A stretch of 64,000 nucleotides of DNA from an uncultured bacterium (GCA_963759805.1 CAVXAT010000001.1:224001-288000), one strand, 5' to 3'; numbered from the stretch's first letter, positions 21,401 to 28,975 are shown. Made by a program: numbers and translations. Notes: a model not told the origin generated them from the sequence alone.

Positions 21401-24152
21401 TCTCAGAGTAACAAGTAATGCATTAGTTTATCTGAGAAGAACTACCAGTAATTCAGAAGCATATTTAAGCAGAATGAGTAGCAACTCGATAGCATATCTG
21501 AGTAGGACGAGTAGTAATTCAATAGCTTATCTGAGTAGAATGACAAGTAACTCAATAGCATGGCTCAGTGGTGTGGAGCGAGGGAATAGCAACTTGCTCA
21601 GAGTAACGAGTAATGGATTAGTTTATTTGCGAAGGACGACCAGTAATTCAGAAGCATATTTAAGCAGAATGAGCAGTAACTCTATTGCATATTTGAGTAG
21701 GACGAGTAGTAATTCAATAGCTTATCTGAGTAGAATGACAAGTAACTCAATAGCATGGCTCAGCGGTGTGGAGCGAGGAAACAGTAACTTGCTCAGAGTA
21801 ACAAGCAATGCATTAGTTTATCTAAACAGAACAACAAGCAATTCCATGGCATATCTAAGCAGAATGAGCAGCAACTCTATTGCATATTTAAGTAGGACGA
21901 GTAGTAATTCAATAGCTTATTTGAGTAGAATGACAAGTAACTCAATAGCATGGCTGAGTGGAGTCGAACGAGGTAACAGTAACTTGCTCAGAGTAACAAG
22001 CAATGCATTAGTTTATTTACGAAGAACGACAAGTAATTCAGAAGCATATTTAAGCAGAATGAGCAGCAACTCGATAGCATATTTAAGTAGGACGAGTAGT
22101 AATTCAATAGCTTATCTGAGTAGAATGACAAGTAACTCGGTAGCATGGCTCAGCACAAGAGTCAGAACAGATAGTAACGCTTTCTTATATGGCATCAAGA
22201 ATAGCAGTAACTGGATTAACCAATGGGCAACTACTGTTAAGCAGACAAGTAACACTGCAAACTATTTGAGTATGAGAGTTAGAACCGACAGTAATGCGTT
22301 GCTGGCTTTGAATCGTACAACATCGAATGCACTTCTGTTTAGCAATCGAAACAACAGCAACGCAATAATCAAGCTTTGCGTAATCGAGAGAACAAGCTCA
22401 AATGCATTTGCTTACGGAATTAAAAACAACAGTAACTGGATTAACCAGTGGGCAACTACCGTTAAACAGACAAGTAACTCCATGAAATATTGGGCGCCTG
22501 TTGTTAAAGCTAACAGTAACTGGATTAACCAATGGGCAACTACTGTTAAGCAGACAAGTAACACTGCAAACTATTTGAGTATGAGAGTTAGAACCGACAG
22601 TAATGCGTTGCTGGCTTTGAATCGTACAACATCGAATGCACTTCTGTTTAGCAATCGAAACAACTCGAATGCAATCATTAAACTTGGTGTGACTGAGAGA
22701 ACGAACTCCAACGCGTTTGCTTACGGAATCAAGAACAACAGTAACGCTATTATAAAACTGGGTCAGGCAGGAGGCGTTCTGTCTGTTAATAATAGTAATG
22801 CTATCATCAAGCTCGATAGTACCTCCAGAACTAACAGTAATGCATTTGCGTATGAAATTAAGAACAACAGTAACGCTATTATAAAACTGGGTCAGGCAGG
22901 AGGCGCTCTGTCTGTTAATAATAGTAATGCTATCGTCAAGCTCGATAGTACCTCCAGAACTAACAGTAATGCATTTGCGTACGAAATTAAGAACAACAGT
23001 AACGCAATCATAAAACTCAACCAAGGTGGTTCAGTTGCACTGGCAGTCCAAAACAGCAATGCAATCGTATCTTGGATTAAAGGCACAAGTAATGCCGTCA
23101 TTAAGTTAAGCGGTACGGCTCCTGCAGTTCTACCAATTAATAACAGTAATGCAATTATAAAACTTAACGCATCAATGCAAACCATAGATCACGGCCCAAG
23201 CGCCATTCAAATTAGCACCCCTACATACACTATGGCATATGACATTTATCTAAGCGCAGATCATACATTAAATATCGCAAACAGTTGTGTGTTTGATGGC
23301 AACGGACACATGATAAATTTTGCAAAAGATAGTCCAAATATTTTCACAACAGGGTTAGGTAGCACAGTAGTTCTTAACAATGTTGTTCTAAAGAACTTTG
23401 ATGACTCATCAGTGCAACTGGGAGTCGGTGCTACATTAACATTTGGTGACGGTTGCAGAATTGATCTTGCAGATGAACAGGCAATGTCAATGCCATGGAT
23501 ATTCAGTGGGAATTCTGCAATCAATGGTTATGGCAACCCTCTTGATCTTGGTACGCAAAGCATCCAAATTATGCAAAGTGGAGCTTTGACAGTAGAAAAC
23601 ATTATCCTGAGTGGTCTTGTAGGTAACAATGTACGATGCTTAGGTCCAAACGCAAATATTACATTCAAAAATGACACATTACAAACTACAGGCGATTACA
23701 GCTTTACGGCTGGGGCTCTGATATTCCAAGATGAAGTTGAAATCAAGTCTAATAATGAGCTTTCACTTTCAAATGCATTTATTTACGCGTCTGATCAAAC
23801 ATCAACAATAAACAGTTACTCAAGATTGAAATTGGATTATGGCGTGCTTTTCTATTATGGACCAAGTGTTGTGCGTAGAGATTTAATTGCGATGCAAGAT
23901 GTTTCTTCAGAGTTATATTTGAATGGATGCGCATTAGCAACATCATCAGTCGGAATGCGTTTAACAAAAGGAACATTGACCGTTGACAGCGACAACATTT
24001 TAATCGACGTTTTATTTGGAACACCAACAAGTCTTGCTCAAAGTATCTGTTTTGGTGATGGAGTTGCAGCTGATGACTTGGCAATAAACATACTCCCAGG
24101 CGGGCAATTGAATGTAACCAACGGAATACTTGATTATCAGAACGTGAATTAA
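12498..24152 (+). CDS. Giant (3884 aa) secreted adhesin-like protein: four scaffold+WD40 modules, a repeat stalk and a terminal scaffold module
   Basis: Signal peptide; repeated FV/ILKNSxSEI module starts (~12594, 14655, 16671, 18549, 20582); four propellers; SNSIAYLSR repeats; ends YQNVN. Confidence 0.88.
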   Translation: MELGFKRILAVVAVIGVFLLNPMFATVSFDNINSQFILKNSNSEIRLNPAAVLGWQDSSIIANVVNAGLGDYNLLLDAKNIGNSTYPSSGNIINYPGVPNTLIGSNWNIQPNIIIHVTANAVLDGNGNTINLGANSEIFVDDTVTLTLRNVVIDNTENFAGNPPIKLATSRSKVVFDNARLNLSNDFYFDRGQIFFYNDVNVTGTSAIIYRSASPSYIMSGANLKFNSGTTLAFAPSTTGASGILAKDLFVMGDATSKLTLDGASFKTTLTGMRLTKGQLLLGNKITMTSVASLRATGTSSVFTLPSYNGAPLARAFSEIDTLQWSPDGRMLAAAGHTREKPQAQNVAVYLFSGSTTTTLAATAFSVTSSGVSWSPDGQYLAAGGKVFVPTSLGLSVSTSNVQVYSIVNNTLSTVAQTNLGTTLASYAGPVSWSPGGHYLAVGGNMRGLTIYQFNGTTLNQISTATSGSANTNEVLGIAWHPSGKYVAVATNFVQGGSGAAGSVTIYQVNNGVLVASAFAARSYGIAGSGGYATSVSWSPDGNFLAATGATSVSAGVINVYTFTPATSALTVAATSPFGTIARVVKWSPDGRFLLVGGNNGTADLTLYLEFTGSGLGIIQTISYGKSIYTSDLSPNGLYLALGGVSPTAVGPTDGELEIGIVAYGQETTLQAVSNSIVFGNSGSGSSYDLNLQLLSGANVSVDGIVNYDNVNSTSIFSNNNASFVLKNSNSEIKLRPATVLGWQDSSIIANVVNAGLGDYNLLLDAKNIGNSTYLSSGNIINYPGVPNTLIGSNWNIQQNTIIHVTANAVLDGNNNTINLGANSQIFVDDTVTLTLRNVMISNNQNFANNPPIKLATSRSKLVLDNARLNFVNDFYFNQGELFCYNDVNFTGTSSFIYRSTVPSQIMSGANLKFNPKTTFYFEPATSGVTGLLAKDLLMMGDATSKLTLDGATLKTTLTGMRLTQGQLLLSNNVTMTSATSFRATGTNAVLTLGTGIANAFSEIDNLQWSPDGRKLAVAGQTRAVTYSAGVSGNLAVYLFSGTTTSTLSTVDFSVTASGVSWSPDGQYLAAGGKVYLPASLGLSVSTSNLQIYSAANNFSSPVVQTNLGTTRASYTGPVSWSPDGRYLAVGGNMRNLTIYQFNGSALSQVSATTGVSEVLGISWHPSGKYIAIATNSATANSIAVYSVANGVLGGSPLSTKNYTAGYGTSVAWSPDGNYLATTGLVSSVGTMYVYSVNSAATTLTQISVLSFGTSARTVKWSSDGRFLLVGGNDTASRDLILYIEFPSLTFIQTISFGTYIYSTDVHPNGLYLAAGGYTTAPSTPYYTLNIASIAYGQETTPQAISNSIVFGNSAAGSVSDLSVQLLSGANVSVDGILNYDNTLGYTMFSNDNARFVLKNSASEIRMTPNTVVGWKNSSLIDSVAGIGQGDYNLLADDANFDKILPFQGIPNTLTSLGWNVPANTIIHIDSNTVINGNGNTINLGNNSELFVDDNVTLTLRNVIISNAENFVGNPAIKLASNRSQLVLDNSTLNIVGDFYFDRGQLFAYNDVNINGTSAFIYRSTKPSYIKSGANLKFNPGTTFSFAPSTTGMLGLLAKDLLIMSDASSKITLNGATLKTTYTGLRLTTGQLLLDNKVSMTSAAVLGITSFYSNIVSSPSYNGFIWSVAWSPDGRYVACGGGTTDKVNVYQFTGTSLTQVAQSASYGNTIYSVAWSPDGRYVACGGANTNTVNVYQFTGTSLTQVAQSASYVNTIISVAWSPDGRYVACGGGTNTVNVYQFTGTNLTQVAQSASYGGSISSVAWSPDGRYVACGGGTNTVNVYQFTGTNLTQVAQSASYGGIIQSVAWSLDGRYVACGGGTTNKINVYQFTGTSLTQVAQSASYGGGIISVAWSLDGRYVACGGGTTNKINVYQFTGTSLTQVAQSVTYNGQIESLAWSLDGRYVACGGQNTNTVNVYQPHYQAIATPQAISNSIVFGNSGSGSSYDLNVQLLSGANVSIDGILNYDNTQGYTMFSNNNASFVLKNSNSEIHMTPNTVVGWQDSSIISNVSNAGLGDYNLISDVSPKNAQIPTNLINYSGVPNTLVGSNWNIPANTIVHVSNNAVLDGNGNTISIGANSEIFVDDTITLTLRNVVISNNQNFANNPPIELATSRSKLVLDNARLNFVNDFYFNQGELFCYNDVNFTGTSSFIYRSTVPSQIMSGANLKFNPKTTFYFEPSTSGTTGLLAKDLLMMGDATSKITLDGASLKTTLTGMRLTQGQLLLGNNVTMTSATSFRATGTNAILTLGTGIANAFREIDKLQWSPDGRKLAVAGQTREKLLVQPSSLSVYLFSGTTTSTLATVSFSVTASSVSWSPDGQYLAAGGKVSIPLSLTVSTSNLQIYSAANNFSSPVVQTNLGTTRASYTGPVNWSPDGRYLAVGGNGHGLTIYQFNGTTLNQVSATSSTGPEVLGISWHPSGKYIAVATNFTAGAAGGITIYPINNGVLTTSGLPSSFTRTYGSAGSGCGTSVSWSPDGNYLATTGQVTGLAGGPGAMYVYAFNLTAQWTMQVSALPFGTSARTIKWSSDGRFLLVGGNDTASRDLVLYIEFPSLTLINIVSFGTYIYSTDVHPNGLYLAVGGYTTNPSKPYYTLNIASIAYGQETTPQAISNSIVFGNSAAGSASDLSVQLLSGANVSVDGIINYDNTMGYTMFSNNNASFVLKNSNSEIRMHPNTVIGWNDRSLIKNTVGGGLGDYNLVSYAPTLNNNIVNYAAAPAELVYDNSNAVVGLTVTARTNSNALVYLRRTTSNSEAYLSRMSSNSIAYLSRTSSNSIAYLSRMTSNSIAWLSGVERGNSNLLRVTSNGLVYLRRTTSNSEAYLSRMSSNSIAYLSRTTSNSIAYLSRMTSNSIAWLSGVERGNSNFLRITSNALVYLNRTTSNSMAYLSRMSSNSIAYLSRTSSNSIAYLSRMTSNSIAWLSGVERGNSNFLRVTSNALVYLRRTTSNSEAYLSRMSSNSIAYLSRTSSNSIAYLSRMTSNSIAWLSGVERGNSNLLRVTSNGLVYLRRTTSNSEAYLSRMSSNSIAYLSRTSSNSIAYLSRMTSNSIAWLSGVERGNSNLLRVTSNALVYLNRTTSNSMAYLSRMSSNSIAYLSRTSSNSIAYLSRMTSNSIAWLSGVERGNSNLLRVTSNALVYLRRTTSNSEAYLSRMSSNSIAYLSRTSSNSIAYLSRMTSNSVAWLSTRVRTDSNAFLYGIKNSSNWINQWATTVKQTSNTANYLSMRVRTDSNALLALNRTTSNALLFSNRNNSNAIIKLCVIERTSSNAFAYGIKNNSNWINQWATTVKQTSNSMKYWAPVVKANSNWINQWATTVKQTSNTANYLSMRVRTDSNALLALNRTTSNALLFSNRNNSNAIIKLGVTERTNSNAFAYGIKNNSNAIIKLGQAGGVLSVNNSNAIIKLDSTSRTNSNAFAYEIKNNSNAIIKLGQAGGALSVNNSNAIVKLDSTSRTNSNAFAYEIKNNSNAIIKLNQGGSVALAVQNSNAIVSWIKGTSNAVIKLSGTAPAVLPINNSNAIIKLNASMQTIDHGPSAIQISTPTYTMAYDIYLSADHTLNIANSCVFDGNGHMINFAKDSPNIFTTGLGSTVVLNNVVLKNFDDSSVQLGVGATLTFGDGCRIDLADEQAMSMPWIFSGNSAINGYGNPLDLGTQSIQIMQSGALTVENIILSGLVGNNVRCLGPNANITFKNDTLQTTGDYSFTAGALIFQDEVEIKSNNELSLSNAFIYASDQTSTINSYSRLKLDYGVLFYYGPSVVRRDLIAMQDVSSELYLNGCALATSSVGMRLTKGTLTVDSDNILIDVLFGTPTSLAQSICFGDGVAADDLAINILPGGQLNVTNGILDYQNVN
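17478..18375 (+). repeat. Seven near-identical 132-135 bp tandem WD40 blade repeats
   Basis: SVAWS(P/L)DGRYVACGG...VYQFTGT recurs with a 44-45 aa period (e.g. TCAGTTGCATGG at 17496 and 17631). Confidence 0.95.
20826..22190 (+). repeat. 195-bp (65-aa) tandem super-repeat, about 7 copies, built from 33-bp (11-aa) units
   Basis: Unit SNxLVYLxRT-TSNSxAYLSRM-SSNSIAYLSRT-SSNSIAYLSRM-TSNSIAWLSGVERG-NSNxLRV. Related SNAIIKL repeats continue to ~23170. Confidence 0.95.
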
Positions 24153-24175
24153 CAACACGTAAGTTAACGATGACG

Positions 24176-24203
24176 AGCAGTGCCCGCAAAAGCGGGCACT
24201 GCT
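24176..24203 (+). terminator. Perfect 12-bp GC-rich hairpin after the giant gene
   Basis: AGCAGTGCCCGC-AAAA-GCGGGCACTGCT; the U-tail is weak. Confidence 0.6.
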
Positions 24204-24370
24204 TAAGTGATCAGTGCGGGCGGTGATACGAGTTTTGTTGTGTTTAAGCATTAAAAAATGTCGGGGGACTAATTTTATCATTTTAATTGATTTTTCTACT
24301 GATTCCTTGTAATCTCAAGCTTAGCCCTCGAATTTTCAAGAAGTCCTGTTCATTTTCAAGGAGATATATT

Positions 24371-25519
24371 GTGTTTAAAAGAGATCAGTATCTACAAAAA
24401 ATCGAACAAAATTTCCGAGTTCACTCAGTTTGTGCCATCTTAGGCCCGCGTCAAGTTGGAAAGACAACACTTGCGCGAACATTTGTTGAAGAAAAGTTGA
24501 ATGGGGTTGCGCGCTTTTTTGATCTTGAAAGCCCCTTTGACCTGAGTCGCCTTGATAATCCCATGCTTGCACTTTCAGCCGAACCAGAGAAACTTATCGT
24601 TATTGACGAAATTCAGATGCGACCAGAACTTTTTCCCGTTATTCGGGTCTTGGTTGATGATCCAAAGTATAAACATAAACTTCTCATATTGGGTAGCGCA
24701 TCGCGCGATTTAATTAGACAATCATCCGAGACGCTTGCAGGCCGGATTGGCTACATTGAATTGCCCCCCTTTTCTTTAAGCGAAACAAAAAATACCTTGC
24801 AACTTTGGTTACGGGGTGGCTTTCCGCTTTCTTATTTAGCCCAAACAGAGGCTGATAGCTTTTTTTGGCGTCAAAATTATATAAAAACTTTTCTTGAACG
24901 AGACATTCCCTATCTTGGCTTTAACATTCCACCGCAACAAATACGTCGTTTTTGGCTTATGCTTGCCCATTACCATGGCCAAATATTTAATGCAAGCGAG
25001 ATAGCAAGGTCTTTAGGTGTTTCTGATCAAACTACGCGCAAATATCTCGACATTCTGGTGGGAACATTCATGATCCGAGAGTTGACGCCCTGGTATGAAA
25101 ATATTCAAAAAAGGCAGGTGCGTTCACCCAAAATTTATTTTCGCGATAGTGGGATTTTACACGCATTGCTTAACATCAAAGACGTCACAGAGCTTGACGC
25201 TTACCCTCGGCTAGGGGCCTTCTGGGAGGGCTTTGCTCTTGAAGAGGTCATTAGAATTTACGATGCCGGGCCAGAAGAAGCTTTTTTTTGGGCAACCCAT
25301 GCCGATGCTGAGATAGATTTGTTTATTATCAAACATGGAAAACGGTTAGGCTTCGAATTTAAATATGCCGACGTTCCTCGCGTGACAAAGTCCATGCAAA
25401 TTGCTCTATCAGACCTTAAACTTGACCATATAACAGTTGTGTATCCAGGCAAAGAAACTTTTCCATTGGCGGAAAAAATAACAGCCCAAGGGCTTGAAAC
25501 CTTGGTTGATAAAGTTTAA
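24371..25519 (+). CDS. AAA_14-type ATPase with DUF4143-like C-terminal domain
   Basis: GPRQVGKTT, IDEIQ, LGSAS, ETLAGR, RGGFP, PKIYFRDSG, EIDL..FEFK. GTG start at 24371 chosen after an AGGAG RBS. Confidence 0.85.
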   Translation: MFKRDQYLQKIEQNFRVHSVCAILGPRQVGKTTLARTFVEEKLNGVARFFDLESPFDLSRLDNPMLALSAEPEKLIVIDEIQMRPELFPVIRVLVDDPKYKHKLLILGSASRDLIRQSSETLAGRIGYIELPPFSLSETKNTLQLWLRGGFPLSYLAQTEADSFFWRQNYIKTFLERDIPYLGFNIPPQQIRRFWLMLAHYHGQIFNASEIARSLGVSDQTTRKYLDILVGTFMIRELTPWYENIQKRQVRSPKIYFRDSGILHALLNIKDVTELDAYPRLGAFWEGFALEEVIRIYDAGPEEAFFWATHADAEIDLFIIKHGKRLGFEFKYADVPRVTKSMQIALSDLKLDHITVVYPGKETFPLAEKITAQGLETLVDKV

Positions 25520-25576
25520 AGGCATTTACTCTGAATCAAACAATTTCGTAACAAATTGATGTTAATTACTATCGAA

Positions 25577-28378
25577 TTAACTCAACTTAACCAAGTTAAC
25601 AATTTCCTGTTCAAGGGTTGGCAGCTTACCTTGTCCGCCGCCTTGAATAAACTCTTCGTTTCCGCCGCTGCGAATATTAAATTTATTTTTCAATAACTCA
25701 GATAACGCTTTCAAGCTTATTTTATTTTCAGATTTTTTTGATTGATACGCAATGACTGAAAAATTGTCTGAATTACTGGTTTTATTCAAGATAACGTATA
25801 ATCCGGGTTTGTGTTTTTCAAAATCAGTACAGATTGATTTCATCTCTTGGTTAGGCAAGTCTTCAATTTCAAGATAAACAAATGGAACTTTGCCGATAAC
25901 TGTAATTTTATTTTGCCATTCAATAATCTGAGATTTCATTAACTGCTTGCGAAGCTGTTTGATCTGGCTTTGAGATTCAAGATAACGTTCTTGCAGTTTA
26001 TTGACAGCATCATAAACCTCTTCGAATTTTGTTTTAAAATCTTCGCTGAGTTTTTTAACAGTTGTGAAGGACTGCTGAAAAAGTTTGACAGCCTCATGTC
26101 CTGTTACACCGGTAATTCTTCGCACACCGGTTGAAAGGGCGGTTTCGCTTACAATCTTAAAACAACCTATGATTCCGGTGCTTGGGGCATGTACGCCTCC
26201 ACAGAGTTCCGTGGAAAATCCGGGAACCTGGACGACACGAACTTTTTCAGGGTTGTATTTTTCACCGAAGAAAGCCATTGCTCCGGCAGTCTTTGCCTCT
26301 TCCAGTGTTGAGTAGAAAATCTTTGTCTGAATATCTTCTTGAATTTTTTGGTTTACAAGATCTTCAACGGCTTGGATCTGCTCGTGCGTTAATGCTTGCT
26401 GATGTGAAAAATCGAATCTGAATGATTCTGCGCAGACGGATGAACCCGCTTGCTTTATGCCGCTGCCTAAAATTTGGATCAGGGCAGCCTGAAGCAGGTG
26501 TGTGGCGGTGTGATTTTTTACTGTGTTGATTCTTGAGAAGTAATCGACAATGCAGTGTGCGCTGTCGCCGACTTTGATGTCGGAAATTATCTGTGACTCG
26601 CATCCTTCGACAGGCTCCCAGGCTTCGCCCTTAGTGGCTACGCCGGGCACGGCAGGACGATCCTTCGACAGGCTCAGGATGAGCGGCCTGCTTGCCTGGG
26701 CGCCGTAGCTATCCAAGCGAAGGCGGCTCGAACCATCACGCAGTGACGCGCCTGGTTCAGTAGTTAGTGAAACTTTTACGGCAATTGCAGGGTGATTTAC
26801 ATTTCCAAGTTTTTGCAAAGCGAGTACGGGCAGGGCGTGTTCTTTTATTGTCACCCAGCCATTATCTCCAATTTGACCTCCGGACTCAACATAAAATGGG
26901 GATTTATCAGTAATAATCCACGCTGTCTGATCACTGTTTTTCTGTACGAATATTATTTTTGCTTTTGCTTCAAGATCTGTGTACCCAACGAATTCAGTCG
27001 ATGTTCCAGCAGGGATAGCTCCCTCATTAAGCTTTTCATTTTCACCATCATGCTTTTTACCGGATTGCTCACGTTGTTTGTCCATCTCTTTTTCAAAAGC
27101 CTCCATATCCAACGTGAGGTTCTGTTCATGTGCCAAGACTTTTGTTAATTCCGGTGGGAACCCGTAGGTGTCATAAAGTTTAAAAATTTGTTGTCCTGAA
27201 AGAAATAGCTGTCCGTCTTTTTTATTATCTTCAACGTATTTTGTAAAAATATTTTGACCTTGTACTAAGTTGATTGCAAATTTTTCAACTTCGCTATCAA
27301 GTGTTGTAGCGATGAGTTTAGTACCGGCTCCCAACTCGGGATAGACGGGGGACATCTGTTTTATAAATCTTTTTGAGAGTTTAGATAAAAGCTGTTTGTC
27401 GTCAGAAAGTTTTTGTGCAAACATAGCAGCACGACGAATAATTTTGCGTAGAACATAACCGCGACCTTCATTTGATGGCGTGCAGCCGTCTGCAATTAAA
27501 AAGGATGAAGAGCGGACATGGTCGCATAAAACATTGAATGCTGCTTTAATTTTTTCAGGGCTTTGGTTGTAACTGAAATTTGTTATTTTTTCTATCTCAT
27601 CGATGATATCGGCAAAAAGGTCTGTTTCAAATACTGACTCTTTACCCTGAACGACGCAGCATAGACGCTCAAGTCCCATTCCGGTGTCCACACCTGTTTT
27701 GGTCAGCGGCTTTAATTCACCATTTGATTGACGGTCATACTGCATGAACACAAGGTTCCAGATCTCCATAAATCTGTCGCAATCACATCCCGGGGCACAA
27801 TCTTTACTGCCGCAACCGCGTTCTATCCCTTTGTCGATGTATATTTCGGTGCATGGTCCGCATGGACCGGTGTCTCCCATCTGCCAGAAATTATCCTTTT
27901 CGCCAAGTCGTCGGATGCGTGTTGCAGGAAGCCCGACAACTTTATTCCAAATTTCAAAAGCTTGGTCGTCTGTTGTAAAGACGGTGGCATAAAGCTTATC
28001 TTTGGGTAATCCTATCTCTTTTGTTAAGAGTTCCCAGGCAAAGCCGATTGCCTCCTTTTTGAAGTAGTCGCCGAATGAAAAATTTCCGAGCATCTCAAAA
28101 AATGTTAGGTGTCTGGCCGTAAATCCTACATTTTCTAAATCGTTGTGTTTTCCGCCTGCTCGTACACACTTTTGAGAAGATGTAGCTCGGGTATAAGATC
28201 TTTTTTCTTTACCCAAAAAAATATCTTTAAATTGGTTCATGCCTGCGTTGGCAAAAAGAAGTGTTGGATCCTGTGCCGGAATAAGTGATGAACTGGCTAC
28301 AACGGTGTGACCATTTTTTGCAAAAAAATCCAAGTACTTTTTGCGTAATTCGAATGATTTCATTAGACTTCCTATCAA
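25577..28378 (-). CDS. alaS: Alanine--tRNA ligase with an in-frame ~55-aa palindromic-element insertion
   Basis: DPTLLFANAGMNQFK, HLTFFEMLGNFSFGDYFK, NHTATHLL, ELCGGVH editing motifs. Confidence 0.97.
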   Translation of the reverse strand: MIGSLMKSFELRKKYLDFFAKNGHTVVASSSLIPAQDPTLLFANAGMNQFKDIFLGKEKRSYTRATSSQKCVRAGGKHNDLENVGFTARHLTFFEMLGNFSFGDYFKKEAIGFAWELLTKEIGLPKDKLYATVFTTDDQAFEIWNKVVGLPATRIRRLGEKDNFWQMGDTGPCGPCTEIYIDKGIERGCGSKDCAPGCDCDRFMEIWNLVFMQYDRQSNGELKPLTKTGVDTGMGLERLCCVVQGKESVFETDLFADIIDEIEKITNFSYNQSPEKIKAAFNVLCDHVRSSSFLIADGCTPSNEGRGYVLRKIIRRAAMFAQKLSDDKQLLSKLSKRFIKQMSPVYPELGAGTKLIATTLDSEVEKFAINLVQGQNIFTKYVEDNKKDGQLFLSGQQIFKLYDTYGFPPELTKVLAHEQNLTLDMEAFEKEMDKQREQSGKKHDGENEKLNEGAIPAGTSTEFVGYTDLEAKAKIIFVQKNSDQTAWIITDKSPFYVESGGQIGDNGWVTIKEHALPVLALQKLGNVNHPAIAVKVSLTTEPGASLRDGSSRLRLDSYGAQASRPLILSLSKDRPAVPGVATKGEAWEPVEGCESQIISDIKVGDSAHCIVDYFSRINTVKNHTATHLLQAALIQILGSGIKQAGSSVCAESFRFDFSHQQALTHEQIQAVEDLVNQKIQEDIQTKIFYSTLEEAKTAGAMAFFGEKYNPEKVRVVQVPGFSTELCGGVHAPSTGIIGCFKIVSETALSTGVRRITGVTGHEAVKLFQQSFTTVKKLSEDFKTKFEEVYDAVNKLQERYLESQSQIKQLRKQLMKSQIIEWQNKITVIGKVPFVYLEIEDLPNQEMKSICTDFEKHKPGLYVILNKTSNSDNFSVIAYQSKKSENKISLKALSELLKNKFNIRSGGNEEFIQGGGQGKLPTLEQEIVNLVKLS
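26596..26760. repeat. Composite nested palindromic element inside alaS
   Basis: GC-rich ~165 bp, nearly identical to 31743-31908; contains CCTTCGACAGGCTC twice plus two type-B hairpins. Confidence 0.92.
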
Positions 28379-28451
28379 AAAAGTTGGATTAAAAGACGAC
28401 GTCTTAAAACACTAAAATTTCAGTTCAGTTTAACATTTTGTATAAATTACG

Positions 28452-28482
28452 CAAAAAAAAGCCCGCTTTTTTAGCGAGCTTT
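28452..28482 (-). terminator. Rho-independent terminator for the small ORF 28518..28712
   Basis: The minus strand reads AAAGCTCGCT-AAAA-AGCGGGCTTTTTTTT. Confidence 0.65.
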
Positions 28483-28517
28483 AGGGTAGTATAAAACCGT
28501 AATATAAAATTATGGCT

Positions 28518-28712
28518 TCATACCTTTGGGCCTCTTCTTGTTTCTCTTACATTATTCCAGATTCTATCCGGAAAATGTTTTTTAAGATTTGAACTCATTT
28601 TGCTTCTTCCCTTGTTGTCGAAGTCTCGTAATTTTTGTTTTTTACTTCGGGGTTCGAATTTGGTCTCTTCATGCGGATGAAGTTCCGCAAAGCTCTTAAA
28701 TTTTTTAGTCAT
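28518..28712 (-). CDS. Small basic hypothetical protein (64 aa)
   Basis: ATG preceded by AGGGGAG on the minus strand and followed by a terminator. Confidence 0.55.
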   Translation of the reverse strand: MTKKFKSFAELHPHEETKFEPRSKKQKLRDFDNKGRSKMSSNLKKHFPDRIWNNVRETRRGPKV

Positions 28713-28905
28713 AAAAATCTCCCCTTTCTATCTGATTTAGCATTAGAATGCGAATGTTTTAATATATCTTACTAATCTAAAAATACCAAAATATCTTACA
28801 AATAGTCAATAATTTCAAGCATGAGAGTATACTTTTGGGCCAATTTGCTCTGCAGTCCTAGGGTATGGGCCTTGCAAATTATCGCAAAAATATGCAATTC
28901 TATCC

Positions 28906-28934
28906 TTGCAAGAGTTGGATTTTGTTTGTATAAT
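28906..28934 (+). promoter_or_regulatory. Sigma70 promoter for the tRNA-Ile/tRNA-Ala pair
   Basis: TTGCAA-17 bp-TATAAT, about 40 bp upstream of tRNA-Ile. Confidence 0.75.
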
Positions 28935-28975
28935 TCTGTGTAATCTATGAAATTTAAGTGATTTTTATGGTTTTT

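Noticed and set aside
22398..23024. 208-aa minus-strand ORF and other short antisense ORFs
   Set aside because: They are shadows of repetitive or long sense-strand genes.
20826..23170. CRISPR array
   Set aside because: The repeats are in-frame coding units with synonymous variation and no unique spacers; no cas genes are present.
26596..26760. Intein or self-splicing intron in alaS
   Set aside because: No Cys/Ser...His-Asn intein ends, and too short for a group I or II core; explained by the palindromic repeat family.
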